From Eledone cirrhosa (taxonomy: Eukaryota), in contig OZ024744.1 of the NCBI GenBank assembly GCA_964016885.1, positions 6,200,001 through 6,264,000 on the forward strand: DNA of 64,000 nucleotides. Direction: 5' to 3'. A program made the position numbers and the translations under genes. This document shows positions 48,401 through 62,235 of the stretch, in pieces. How positions within the stretch are numbered: the first letter of the stretch is position 1; each line of letters opens with the position of its first letter. A model generated the notes under the pieces. That model searched no databases and was not told where the DNA came from. It saw only the letters and a program-made list of their open reading frames with translations.

Positions 48401-49689
48401 CCTATCCTTACTTCTAACTAAGAATCTATCTAAGTACGATCTAGATTGACCACTGAGGTTCGTTCAAGTCCAGGTTGGCACAGTTGGAAAATCTAGTCGA
48501 TATCTATCGACCAAGTTAAAACGGTCGAGTAACCCCTTGAGGCTGTTACACACTCCTCTATTAGGACATGCTCCTGCATAGTCCCAACGTGAATCTAGGA
48601 TGTCATTCCAATCCCCCGCAAGAAGCAGGGAACGCGACGTTCCCAGAAAAGTCACCAGACGCTGGAAGAAGTCGGGTCGTTCAGCTCCGAAAGGGGAGTA
48701 GACGGCGACCAGTCTCAAGGCCGCACCTTCACTACTGCCAACGTCTAGCACCAACAAACGACCCTCCGGGTCTGAGTGAACAACCTGTACGGCGAGACCC
48801 AGGTGTTTTTCCAGCAGTACGACAACCCCACCCCCACCTCCAGGTTGACAGAGAGATGCATGCACCTCAAAGTCATCGAAGGTAGGGGCCAGCTGCCGCA
48901 CGACGCTGATCCGAGTCTCACAGATAACCATTACATTTATACCACGTGACCTGAGGTCATTTAGAAGCTTTGCTTGCTTCCAAGTTGAGCCCAGGCCACG
49001 TGCATTCAAACATCCTACTCTTAACACATCCATGTGGGCGGCAAAGCCAAAGGAGAGTGTAGAGACCTACCTTTCTTCTTCCCGGGTTCGGGTCGCACGA
49101 CTTCCATGGGGTCGGGGGTGTTGGGTGAAGGGGTGTCTTGTGGTGGTGTGGGGTCGTCAGTGTGTGGTGGGGTTGGGGTGTTTGGAGTTGTGTTGAGGAG
49201 GGCAAGGGGAGGGGGAAAGCTTTTTAGTAGGACGCGGTTTATGGGTTTGACAGAGGGTGGTCCTACGTCCTCCTTAAAATCCTTTTTTAGTTTTTGGTAG
49301 AGGTTCATTGGGATCTTTATTAATTTTAAATGTGGGTAGTTTTCTGAAGAAACAAAGTTTACACCTTCGGTTTGTACCGAAGGGTTATTGTTTATGAGTT
49401 CATTTAATTTATTATTGTTTCTGTTGATGTAAGTATAGTGTAATGTCTTTTTTTCGGATGGTGTGAGTGTTTCGAAGAGGGGAGGGGCAGGTTTGGTTTT
49501 GTTTGTTGCTGGAGGGTGTTTTGTGTTTTGTTGGATTGTGTTGACATTTGGGTAGGGGTTGTTTGGCCTTGTGTGTTTTGCACATGTTTTCTTTTTTTCC
49601 CTTTAATCTGTCTGAAGGACTCCGTTTCTTCCTCCGAATTCGTTGGGTTATCTTCAGTGTTGGAGGGAAGAGGTATGTTTGCTGGTAAG
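45415..49689 (-). mobile_element. Tx1-like family C copy, 5'-truncated in ORF1, with a 19-bp TSD
   Basis: ORF2 45632-49033 in pieces (APE, RT AYADD, CCHC). TSD AGGGGTATATAGATAGATA at 45396-45414 and 49690-49708. Confidence 0.92.
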
Positions 49690-49697
49690 AGGGGTAT

Positions 49698-49723
49698 ATA
49701 GATAGATAGATAGATAGATAGAT
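49698..49723. repeat. (GATA)n spacer
   Basis: Read directly from the sequence. Confidence 0.96.
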
Positions 49724-50555
49724 TTCTTTATTAGCCACAAGGGCGCAACAAGAAAGGGGACAATACAAAGACATGCCGGGGATTTTACATACAGTCGTGT
49801 AAAAAATATAAAAACAAACAATTTCAACAATCGAAATCCCCAATAGGGGGGAGGCGCCACAAATGGGTTGTTTAATACCCCGTCGATAGAACAACCCTCA
49901 ACTCGAGGAGCGTGTTGTGCAAATGCTCCTTTCTTCCTTTTGCTCTCTTCCTCAACCTACAGGCTTATAAACAGAGAAGGCCCAATCACTCGTGCCATTT
50001 TCGCTTCATTCACCCACCTTTCAGTAAATTTACTGGGGTGCAGTGCCTCTCTCTCCACCCTGATTCTCCTTCTAAAGTGATACTTTAAGAAGGGAATCAA
50101 TTGTTGTCCGGAGAGAAAGGAATCTGTCCTCAATCCTCTCAACCTCGTCCACCATATAACTTCTTTCACCATAGCCACCGTACAGAGGAAAACCGTCTCT
50201 CTTTCGTTTTTGAAAGAGTCTGGCGGTTTGATCCTTACTATGGACTCGGCAGTCAACTGTATTTGTCCCATACGCGACAGCAGTTGTTCTGCATAGTTCC
50301 ACAGGTCGCTTACGCCCGGGCAGTGTACAATTGCGCGCAGAACTGTGTCAATGTCCTGCGCACATCTTGGACACGTCCTCTTGGAAGGATCCCTGCCAGG
50401 GCGTCCGTGCCTGTAGATCTTGTCACGAACCGGTAGAGCTCCTCGGTAGCACTGCCAGGCCAGGGACCTCTGGAAGTTGTCCATAGGTCCCGGGCGGAAA
50501 GTCCTACCAAACATACTGGTGAGCTCATCGTCTTCGACGCCCAGAGTCTATCCGA
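49724..50555 (-). mobile_element. Tx1-like family D, 5'-truncated 3' fragment
   Basis: ORF 49957-50514 is homologous to the ORF2 C-terminus. Distinct 3' UTR ending AATAAAGAAA then (TCTA)n. Confidence 0.9.
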
Positions 50556-50591
50556 GATAGATAAATAGATAGATAGATAGATAGATAGATA
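50556..50591. repeat. (GATA)n spacer
   Basis: Read directly from the sequence. Confidence 0.96.
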
Positions 50592-53500
50592 TGTTTCTTT
50601 TATTTGCCACCAGGGCATCAAAAGTGGGACAAGTACAATGGGGGGAGTTTACAAAACAAGGCGTCCTCAATAAAGAGGAGGCAATAACAATATATAAAAA
50701 TAAAATAAAATATAACAAAAAATAAAATATATAACAAAGTCCTCAATAGAGAGGAGGCGCCTTGGGGGGGTCGCACACACCCCCGAAAAAAAGTGTGCAA
50801 CCCTTTTCCTCGGGAGCACAGAGAGGGGGTGCTACCTTGGTCTTTCATCTTCCTCACCTATAGTCTGATGTAGAGTGAAGGCCCATTCACACGGGCCATT
50901 CTCGCAACTTTCACCCATCTTTCATAAAAACGGCTGGGGTGCAGCACCTCTCTCTCCATCCTGATCCTTCTTCCGAAATGATATCGGAAGAAACGGACCA
51001 GTTGTTGGCCAGAGAGAAAGGTGTCTGACCTCAGTCCTTTCAGACGCGTCCACCATGCAACCTCTTTCGCCATGGCTATTACGCACAGAAACACCGCCTC
51101 TTCTTCGTTTTTGAAGAGGGGAGGCGGCTTGATCGTTACAATAGACTCGGTGGTCAACCGGATCGGTCCCACCCTTGACAGCAGTTGTTCGACATAGCTC
51201 CACAGATAGGCAATGCCCGAGCAGTGTACCAATGCATGTGCAACGGTTTCCTCGTCGCACACGCATCTGGGACAGATCTTTTAGAGGGGTCCCTACCCGG
51301 GAGCCCGTGTCTGTAGAGCCTTTCTCGAACGGGCAGAGCCCTTCTGTAGCATTGCCAGGCCAGGGACCTCTGGAAGTTATCCATGGCTCCCGGGCTGAAT
51401 GTCCTACCGAACAGGTTAGCCAGTTTGTCTTACTCCATGCCTAGGGCTTCTCCGAGGGCGTCGTCGCACCTGCTAACCACCAGCCCTCTATAGAATGACG
51501 AGGTGGATTCTCCACTGACAGCCGGGTCCGCCTGCCAGAGAGCCGTGAGCGCCTAGGCACACTCGGTGTGCCAGGCGCCCAGTTTTCTCGGTCTTTGCTT
51601 GACCCAGGATTGCAGCTCGGTGAGTGAGACGAGTCTGGGAAAGGCTCGTCTCACAAACGGGGCCCACACCGGTTGACCGGAGAGGAATACCTGAAGGTGC
51701 CGTAGCCTTAATGCGTGTTTACGTATCATTAGCCACGGCATCCCCAGCCCTCCTTTCGAAGGGTGTTCACAGCAGATGGATCTCCTCACCATAGGAGCCC
51801 GCTTCTTCCAAAGGAATTGGAAGAGTGCGCGCTCCATTTTGGCGAGCGTTTCCCTTGGGCAAGGCACAACGGTCAGGCGGTAGTAGATGACGGACGCTAT
51901 GTAGGTGTTCGCCACCTCCGCCCGACCTTTCAGGGATAGTTTGCACTCGGCCCACTTCTGGGTCAGTGCAAACACCCTGTTCGTTACCTCACCCCAGTTC
52001 TTCTCCACCTGGAGGTCTGGTCCGAACCAGACCCCGAGCAACTTCACCGGGCCCTCCGTCCAGCGCCCGACGACGCCATCGGAGGGCATCGATCTGACCC
52101 TCCACGTGCCGAGTTGCAGACCGATCGACTTGTCCCGGTTCAGCTTAGCCCCTGTAAACCTTTCGTACTCCTCCAGTAAGGTGCCGATCGCCCCGATTTC
52201 CGAGGCCGTCGACACCATTACTGTTACGTCATCGGTGTAGGCTGACACCGCTTTCCGCAATCCCGGTTCCAACGGGATGCCCTGCAACAACTCCAACTTC
52301 CGCAGCAGTGGCTCTAGAGTCACTACATACAGAAGGGAGGAGAGAGGGCACCCCTGTCGGATGGACCGCGCGATTTTGAACGGCTCCGAGAGGTAGCCGT
52401 TCACCTTGACCCTAGAGCAGATGCGGCTGCTGTGCATGGCATTGATCCAGCCCCTGAAAACGGGTCCGAAGCCTGCCGCCGCTAGCACCGCATCCAGGTA
52501 ACCATGGTCGACCCTATCGTATGCCTTAGATTGATCCAAGTTGATCAGGGCCCCACCAAAGCCGGATTCGTTCCCAACCCTCTCTATCTGTAACTCTGTG
52601 TTTAGCAGAGTTATGGGCCTGAAGTTATTTATATCGTCCCCCTTGTTCTCGTCCTTCCTCACTAGCGTGACTACGCCCTTGGTCACAGCACAGGGAATTC
52701 TCCCGTTCTGTTGCCAGTTGCAGTAGACCGCCTCGAGGAGATCGGGGAACAAGTCCGGCATAGCTAGATATAGTTCGTATGGAAGACCATCGAGACCCGG
52801 GGATTTGCGTTTGCCGCATTGGCTCAGCACGTCCTCTATCTCAGCGGCTGAAATCGGCTCCTCGCAGGACTTCGCCTCCCTGTCTGAGAGACGCAGCAGA
52901 CCGTCGAGGTATGGACCGAAGTCCACATCCCCAACCGGCTCCCCGCCCCTTCCGAACAATCCGGCAAAGTGCTTTTGAAAAGCCTCGCACATCTGCTTAG
53001 GTTCAAGGATCACCCGTCCATCCTGATCTCGCAAAGACCGGATAGTGGATCTGCTCCCTCTTTTGTCTTCTGTCACGCGGGCCCAGCTAACAGCTTTGGT
53101 CCCCTCGTTTCCCAGAGCACGTATTTTGCTTCGGACGATGCAGCCTTCGTGTTTCGCGTCGAAGAACTGGCCCAGGGCCGTTCTCGACGCTAGCACTCTG
53201 GCCACGTCGCCGCTTCTAATTGCCTCTTCTACACTATCTACCAACTCCCTTTCCTTCCTATTTCTATTTGAGGCTAACTCCTTACTAAATTCTATAGAGA
53301 CTACTCTAATCTCTCTTTTGAGAGATCCCCACCACCTGCTGTTGACGATGGCGCCCGTCAACCGCTCCTTAACTAAAGTGCTAATCCGGTCCCTGTAAGC
53401 CTTACTTGCCGGTAAGGACAAGTTGAGCTTCCAGTAACCGGGTCCCTATCTATGAGTTCTGTCAAGGTTGACCATGCAGGTCACTAATTTGTGGTCTGAA

Positions 53501-56195
53501 TAGCCAACAATGCGCATTTTTGGACAACTTAAAAAGTCCTTATCCTTAATTCTAACTAAGAACCTATCTAGGTACGACCTAGATGATCCGCTACGATTTG
53601 CCCAAGTCCAGGTTGGCGCAGTCGGAAAATCTAGTCGATATCTATCGGCCAGGTCAAATCGACCGATTAACCCTTTGAGGCTATTACACCCCTCTCTATC
53701 GGGACAGGCCCCTACGTAGTCCCAGCGTGCATCTAGGATACCATTCCAGTCCCCCACTAATAGCAAGGAGCGGGTCGTCCCTAGAAATTCTCCAGACGAT
53801 GGAAGAAGTCCGGCCGCATTGACGCAAAAGGGCCGTAGGCGGCTACCAACCTAAACGCTCCGCCTTTACCACTGCCAAGGTCCAGAACCACTAGTCGACC
53901 CTCCGGGTCCAAATGTATCATCTGTGTTGCGAGACCCAGATGTGTTTTCAGTAGAACGACAACCCCACCCCCACCACCGGGCTGACAGAGAGATGCGTGC
54001 ATCTCAAAGTCATCAAAGGTGGGGGCCAGCTGTCGCACGTTGCTGGGCCTCGCAAATAACCATCACATCTATACGTTGTGACCTGAGGTCATTTAGAAGC
54101 ATTGCTTGCTTCCGAGTTGAGCCCAGGCCACGCGCATTTAAACAGCCTACTCTTAGCATAGCCATGTTGGTGGTGAAGAGAAAAGGCACTTACCCCTCTG
54201 AGTCCCGGGTATCGGGCTGCACAATTTCCATGAGGGTGGGGAATGGGTTGTTAGGTGGGGTGGTGGTTTGTGGAAGTGTAGGGGCATCAGTGCGTTGTGT
54301 GGTTGGGGTGTTTGGAATCGTGTGGGTGTTTGGGGAGGGGGTGGGGTAGTTTTTTAGGAGGACGCGGTTAATGGGCCCGACGCAGGGGGTCCCACGTCCT
54401 CTTTAAAGTTGTTTTTTAAAGTTTTATAGGTGTCCTGTGGGGCCTTAATCATTTTGAGGTGGGGGAAATCCCCTGCCTGGGTGAAGTTAGGCCCTTGTGT
54501 TTTTATTAGATTGTTGTTGTACACAATGTTTAACAGTTTTTTGTTTCTTGTGTTTATGTATGTGTATGCATGTTTTTGTTTTTATGTGGTGTTTTTTGTT
54601 TGCTGTTGTTATGAGCTCTTTTGTGTTGGTGTCAGTGTTATGTTTTGGGGAGGGGTTGTTTTCATTTGTGTGTCTGATGTGTGTTTTCTTTTTTTTCTTT
54701 TGATTGTGTGGAAGTGCTTCTCCTCGTCTGACAACGAACTAGGGTCATCTTCCGCGTTGGAGGGGAGGGGTATATTTTCGGGTTGTGTTTGTGGTGCGGG
54801 TGTTTTGGAAATTGTTTTTGTTTTTTGAGTGGAGGGGATGGGTTGGACATTGTTTTGTTTTGGTTTGAACTGTGGTGGTTGTTTTTGTAGTGGTGGTTGT
54901 GGTGATTGTGTCGGTTGTGCAGTTGTTGGTGGTGTAGGCAGGATTGGGGTTTTCTTATTAAGTTGGGGACAGACAGCCCTCAGGTGACCTCTGGTTCAAC
55001 AGAGGCAACACGAGGGCCACCTACCCTCAACGGTAATGTTGATGAAGGTTAGATCATCCAGTATGACGCGTTCAGGGATCTGGGCGATCCTTTCGGGCCT
55101 CATTTGAACTACAAGTTCGAGGCTTGTTCCACTGAACGCGTCACCCGATGCCTTTCTCATGGACACCAACATGTCATCCTCCAGGTCCAGGAAACCTCTC
55201 AAAACCCACCATATGACCATAATCGGCAGGATGGTGTGGATTTTTATTTTTTGTGTTCTTCTACCCATGTACGTAGGGTAGAAGGTGTATGCGGTGGATG
55301 TGATTGGTTTGATGGACAGTTTCAGTGCTGTGTCCCTGTCCTTCATGAGAATGGATAGACTCCCGTAGAGTCTATCCTTCTGAATGAAGGTGATGTCCTT
55401 CATGACGTCTTTTAAAACCAGCACTATCTCACTCTGTGATGGTTGAGCTGGTTTTTTGGTTTTATTCGAGACTGTCCTAAACATGACAGTGTTTAGGAGT
55501 CTCTGGCTTTTTAGTTCCGAGGGGGAATGGATTGTGAATGAACCATTTTCTCCGTACACTATATATTTTTTGGCATCTGCCAGTAGCTCCTTCGCTTTGG
55601 TTATATCTACTGGCAGATAGTCGAGGGTTTTCCTTGCCGTCCCGGCGAAGGAGAAATTTTGTTTGTTTGTGTTGTTGTTGTCGTTGGTGGTGTTGTTGTT
55701 ATCATTGTTGTTGTTGTCACAGTTATTGGTCTTGTTGTTGTTGTCATTGTTATTGGTATTGTTTTCGTCCGTCGCATTGTTGTTGTTGTTGCTGTTGCTG
55801 GTGTCGCTGATTCTTTGGGTTGTTGCCATGGCAACGTCAAGTTGTCGGTTAACAGGTGGAGAAATTCCTTCCTCTGGCTGACCTTTCTTCTTGACCTCTG
55901 CTACTGTGACAGTGGCAGGGGGAAGCTGTAAGTTTATCTTCCCCTTTCCTCCTTCGAATTTTGGTGAAGAAGCTTCAGCCATTTTAAAAAATGTTAACTT
56001 TTCAACAAGAAAAAACTTTTTTTTGTTTAACTATTTCGCCTAAAGGCGTAGAATATTTTGAGAGACTGACCAGATCAAAGTTTGACCTGGCAGTCCCTCT
56101 ACAAAATGGTACAAAAATGAAAGTTTACAGTTCACAATTTGCGGATGAATTTAAACGAAACTTACCGAGCGAGCTCAGCACATGTGTCCATCGTA
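50592..56195 (-). mobile_element. Tx1-like family B, copy B1, full-length and disrupted (ORF1 54190-55982; ORF2 50858-54165)
   Basis: ORF1 MAEASSP... with a knuckle broken by TGA. ORF2 pieces carry APE and RT motifs. (TATC)n on both sides. Confidence 0.92.
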
Positions 56196-56214
56196 ATAGA
56201 TAGATAGATAGATA
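56196..56214. repeat. (GATA)n spacer
   Basis: Read directly from the sequence. Confidence 0.95.
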
Positions 56215-59200
56215 TGTTTCTTTTATTTGCCACTAGGGCATCAAAAGTGGGACAAGTACAATGGGGGGAGTTTACACAAAAAGGCGTCCTCAATAAGGAG
56301 GAGGCAATAACAAAATATAAAAATAAAATAAGATATAACAAAAAATAAAATTTATAACAAAATCCTCAATAGAGAGGAGGCGCCTTGGGGGTCGCACCCA
56401 CCCCCGAAAAAAGTGTGCAACCCTTTTCCTCAGGAGCACAGAGAGGGGGTGCTCCCTCGTTCCTTCCTCTTTTCTACCTACAGGCTTATGTAAAGAGAAG
56501 GCCCATTCACACGGGCCATTCTCGCCACTTTCACCCACCTTTCATAAAAACGACTGGGGTGCAGCACCTCTCTCTCTATCCTGATCCTTGTTCCGAAATG
56601 ATATCGGAAGAAACGGACCAGTTGTTGGCCAGAGAGAAAGGTGCCTGACCTCAGTCCTTTCAGACGCGTCCACCATACAACCTCTTTCGCCATGGCTATT
56701 ACGCACAGAAACACCGCCTCTGCTTCATCTTTGAAGGGGGGAGGCGGCTTGATCATTACAATAGACTCGGTGGTCAACCGGATCGGTCCCACCCTTGACA
56801 GCAGTTGTTCGACATAGCCCCACAGATCGGCTACGCCCGAGCAGTGTACCAATGCGTGTGCAACGGTTTCCTCGTCGCACACGCATCTGGGACAGATCTT
56901 TTTGGCGGGGTCCCTACCCGGGAGCCCGTGTCTGTAGAGCCTTTCTCGAACGGGTAAAGCCCCTCGGTAGCACTGCCAGGCCAGGGACTTCTGGAAGTTG
57001 TCCATAGGTCCCGAGCTGAATGTCCTACCGAACAGGCTGGCCAGTTCGTCCTCCTCCATGTCTAGGGTTTCTCCGAGGGCGTCGTCGCACCTGCTGCGTA
57101 CCAGCCCTCTATAGAATGTTGCGGTGGAGTCTCCACTGATAACCGGATCCGCCTGCCAGAGGGCGGTGAGCGCCTGGGCACACTCAGTGTGCCAGGCGCC
57201 CAGTTTTCTCGGTCTTTGCTTGACCAAGGATTGCAGCTCGGTGAGTGAGACGAGTCTGGGAAAGGTTCGTCTCACAAACGAGGCCCACACCGGTTGACTG
57301 GTGATGAATACGTAGAGGTGCCGTAGCCTTAATGCGTGTTTACGCATCATTAGCCACGGCATCCCCAGCCCTCCTTTCGAAGGGTGTTGACAGCAGATGG
57401 ATCTCCTCACCATAGGAGCCCGCCTCTTCCAAAGGAATTGGAAGAGTGCGCGCTCCATCTTGGTGAGGGTTTCCCTTGGGCAGGGCACTACGGTCAGGCG
57501 GTAGTAGATGACGGACGCTATGTAGGTGTTCGCCACCTCCGCCCGACCTTTCAGGGATAGTTTGCAATTGGCCCACTTCTGGGTCAGTGCAAACACCCTG
57601 TTCGTAACCTCCGCCCAGTTTATCTCCACCTGGAGGTCCGGTCCGAACCAGATCCCGAGCAACTTCACCGGGCCCTCCGTCTAGCGTCCGACGACGCCAT
57701 CGCAGGGCATCGGTCTGCCCCTCCACGTGCCGAGTTGCAAACCGATCGACTTGTCCCGGTTCAGCTTAGCCCCTGTGAACCTTTCGTACTCCTCCAGTAA
57801 GGTGCCGACCGCCTCGATTTCGGAGGCCGTCGACACCATTACTGTCACGTCATCGGCGTAGGCCGACACCGCTTTCCGCAATCCCGGTTCCAAAGGGATG
57901 CCCTGCAATAACTCCAACTTCCGCAGTAGTGGCTCGAGAGTCAACACATACAGAAGGGAGGAGAGAGGGCACCCTTGTCGGATGGACCGCGCAATTTTGA
58001 ACGGCTCCGAGAGGTAGCCGTTCACCTTGACCCTAGAGCAGGTGTGGCTGCTGTGCATGGCATTGATCCAGCCCCTGAAAACGGGTCCGAAGCCTGCCGC
58101 CGCTAGCACCGCATCCAGGTAACCATGGTCGACCCTATCGAATGCCTTAGATTGATCCAAGTTGATCAGGGCCCCACCAAAGCCGGGTTCGTTCCCAACC
58201 CTCGCTATGATGTATCGCATGAGGTGGAGGTTATCGTGGATGGACCTGGACGGGATAGCACATGTCTGCGCATCTCCCACCAGGTTGCCCACAACAAGCG
58301 CCAACCTCTTTGCTAGCACCTTGGCCAAAATCTGTAACTCTGTATTTAGCAGAGTTATGGGCCTGAAGTTACTTATTTCGTCCCCCTTGTTCTCGTCCTT
58401 CCTCACTAGCGTGACTACGCCCTTGGTCACAGTACAGGGAATTCTCCCGTTCTGTTGCCAGTTGCAGTAGACCGCCTCGAGGAGATCGGGGAACAAGTCC
58501 GGCATAGCTAGATATAATTCGTAAGGAAGACCATCGAGACCCGGGGATTTGCGTTTGCCGCATTGGCTCAGCACGTCCTCTATCTCAGCGGCCGAAATCA
58601 GCTCCTCGCAGGACTTCGCCTCCCTGTCCGAGAGGCGCGGCAGGCCGTCGAGGTATGGACCGAAGTCCACGTTCCCAACCGGCCCCCCGCCCCTCCCGAA
58701 CAGTCGGGCAAAGTTCCTTTGAAAGGCCTCACACATCTGCTTAGGCTCAAGAATCGCCCGTCCATCCAGGTCTCGCAAAGACCGGATGGAGGATTTAGTT
58801 CCACTGTTGGCCTCTGTCACGCGGGCCCAGCCAACAGCTTTGGTCCCCTCGTTCCCTAGAGCACGTATTTTACTTCGGACAACGCAGCCTTCGTGCTTCG
58901 CGTCGAAAAACTGGCTCAAAGCCGTTCTCGACGCTAGCACTCTGGCCACGTCGCCGCTTCTAATAGCCTCTTCTACTCTATCTATTAGCTCCCTTTCCTT
59001 CCTATTCCTATCCGCAGCTAGAACCTTACTAAATTCTATCGAGACTACTCTAATCTCTCTCTTTAGAGATACCCACCACCTGCTGTTGACGATCGCTCCA
59101 GTCAACCGTTCCTTAACTAACGTACTAATCCGATCCCTGTAGGCTCTACTTGCCGGCAAGGACAAGTTGAGCTTCCAGTAACCGGGGCCCTGTCTATGCG

Positions 59201-61440
59201 TTCTATCAAGGTTGACCATGCAGGTCACCAACTTGTGGTCTGAATAGCCAACCATGAGCATTTCTGGACAACTTAAAAAGTCCCTGTCCTTATTTCTAAC
59301 TAAAAATCTATCTAGGTACGACCTAGATGATCCGCTGCGATTTGACCAAGACCAGGTTGGCACCGTCGGAAGATCTAGTCGAAATCTATCGGCCAGGTCA
59401 AATCGGCCGAGTAACCCCTTGAGGCTGTTGCACCCCTCTCTATCGGGACATGCCCCTGCATAGTCCCAACGTGCATCCAGGATACCATTCCAATCCCCCA
59501 CTAAAAGCAGGGAACGGGACGTCCCTAGAAAAGACTCCAGACGCTGGAAAAAGTCGGCCGCTCAGTCCCAAAAGGGGCATATGCGGCTACCAGCCTAAAG
59601 GCTCTACCTTCACCACTGCCAAGGTCCAGCACCACCAGTCGACCCCCTGGGTCCAAGTGAACTATCTGTGTTGCAAGGCCCATATGTTTTTGCAGCAGAA
59701 CGACAACCCCACCCCCACCTCCGGGCTGACAGAGAGATGCGTGCATCTCAAAGTCGTCAAAGGTGGGGGCTAGCTGTCGCATGCTGCTGATCCGGGCCTC
59801 GCAGATAACCATCACATTTATAGATTGTGACATGAGGTCATTTAGAAGCATTGCTTGCTTCCAAGACGAGCCCAGGCCACGCGCATTTAGACACCCTACT
59901 CTTAGCACAGCTATGTTGGTGGTAAGGAGAAAAGGTACTTACCTCTCTGCGTCCCGGGAAACGGGCCGCTCAATTTCCATGCTGGTTGGGGATGGGTTGT
60001 TGGGTGGGGTGGTGGTTTGTGGAACTGAAGGGGCATCGGTGTGTTGTGGGGTTGGGGTGTTTGTGGTTGAGTGGGTGTCTGGGGGGGGGGGGGGGGTGAA
60101 ATGTTTTAGGAGGACGCGGTTGATTGGTTTGGCGCAGGGGGGGGGGGGCACGTCCTCCGTGAAATTTATTTTCAGTGTTTTGTACAAGTGCATTGGGACC
60201 TTTTATCATTTTTAAATGAGGTAGTCCCACAGCAGTTTTAAAGTTAGGCCCTTCGGTTTGGACCGAAGGGTTTGCTGAAATTGTTTTCCGTAATTCTTTG
60301 TTGTCTGTGTTCATGTATGTATATTGTAAGGTCTTTTTTTGTGTAGCAGATAGTGTTGTGTGACAGGGAGGGGTGGTTTGTGTGTAGTTTCTGTTCTCTT
60401 GGGGGGGGGGGGGGTAAAGTTAACATGTGTGTCTGTGGTGCGTCTCCTCTTCTTTCTTTTTACTTGTTGGAAGGGATCTTTTTCGTCTTGCGACGAAAGG
60501 GGTTCGTCTTCCTTGTTGGGTGGGAGGGGTATGTTTTCTGGTAGTGTTTGCGGTGTGTGTGTTTTTGTATTTGTTTTGGGTGGGGAGGGATTGGGTGGGA
60601 CGGTATTCTGTGTTATTTTTTCACGTGTTTGTTGTTGTTGTGGTGGTGGTGGTGGTGGTGGTGGTGGTGGGGTTGTTGGTTTTTGTTGTTGTTGTTGTGG
60701 TTGTTTTTGTTGTTGTTGTTGGGGTGGTGTTGGTGTTGGTAGCAGTGTTTTTTTCTGTGTGAGCTGGGGACAGGCAGCCCTCAGGTGACCTCTATTGCCA
60801 CAGAGGTAACAGGAGGGACGCCTACCCTCCACAATAATGTTGAGGTGGGTACGGTCATCCAGCATGACGCGCTCAGGGATTTGGGCGATGCGTTCTGGCC
60901 TTATTTGGGTCAGAACTTCGATGCTCGTTCCACTGAACGCGTCGCCGGATGCCTTCCCTATTGAAATGAGGTTGTCCTCGTCTAAATTGAGGAAGCCGGT
61001 TAGTAACCACCAGTAGTTTATGTTTGGGGTGATGGTGGTTATCCATATCCTCTGGGTTTTTTTACCCATGTAGGTGGGGAAGAAGGTGTAGTGTGTGGAA
61101 CGAATTGGCGACACAGAGTATTTTTTCGCCGAGATGGTTGCGCTGGTTTCTTTGTTTTATTTAAAATTGTTCGGAATACGACAGTTCGTAATTCCGTCTG
61201 TTTTTTTAGTTCTGGAGGTGAATGTATAGAAAACGAACCGTTTTCGCCAAAAGATACATATTTCTTGGCTTTTTCCAGCATTTCTTTTGCTTTTGAAATG
61301 TCTTCAAGCACATACGCGACTGATAATTTAGCCGTTTGTGCAAAAGATATTTTGTTTTCGCTTTGGATTGTCTTTCTCGTTTGGTGTGTGGATACTTGTG
61401 ACGTTTGTGTTCTTGTTGTTTTTGTTGTCTTTATTGTTGC

Positions 61441-61471
<31 letters not shown>

Positions 61472-61856
61472 TTCAAATTCTTGTGTAGTTGTGGCTACAT
61501 CTAGTGGTCGGTCAACAGGTGAAGACAATTCTTCCTCTCTCTGACCTCTGCCTTTGGCATCTGCTGCTGTGACAGTGGCAGGGGGAAGCTGTGAGTATGA
61601 CTTCCCCTTTCCTTCTTTGATTGATGGTGAAGATGCTTCAGCCATTTTTCTCAAAATAGGGTTTTTCGAAGTTTTTCGAAAGATAAAATGTTCACAATAC
61701 TATTTCGCCCAAAGGCGCAGAATATTTTGAGAGACCGACCAGATCAAAATTTGACCTGGCAGTCCCTCTACAAAATGGTACAAAAATGAAAGTTTACAGT
61801 TTACAATTTCCGTATGAATTTAAACAAAAACTTACAAAGCGAGCTCAGCACATGTG
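56215..61856 (-). mobile_element. Tx1-like family B, copy B2, near full-length and disrupted (ORF1 59939-61645; ORF2 56478-59914)
   Basis: Knuckle CYLCGNRGHLRAAC. ORF2 pieces 59525-59908, 57681-59501 and 56478-57668. ORF2 start codon is ATA rather than ATG. Confidence 0.92.
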
Positions 61857-61882
61857 ATAGATAGATAGATAGATAGATAGAT

Positions 61883-61919
<37 letters not shown>

Positions 61920-61925
61920 GGATAG
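61856..61925. repeat. (GATA)n, right edge of array 3
   Basis: Read directly from the sequence. Confidence 0.97.
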
Positions 61926-62235
61926 AGTTACACACACACACATACACATATTTAGACAAGTGGTTGTCTAGATCTGTGCAAGTCTCATTTAATATATGGT
62001 CGTTTATAACTTAATTATGGAATATTTACTGCAAGTTGTCTCACGGGACATATGTTTTGGTGTCTATTCACCTCGTCAGCCTCTGTTCAACTAACGATAG
62101 TTACTCGTTTATTCAAACAGTATACAGCAGTTGTTAACACCACGAATAGTTAGTATGTACAACGACTACAAACGGACAAATGACTGAGGGACTCACTTTA
62201 TATGCCACCAAAATAATTCTTTGAAACAACTATAT

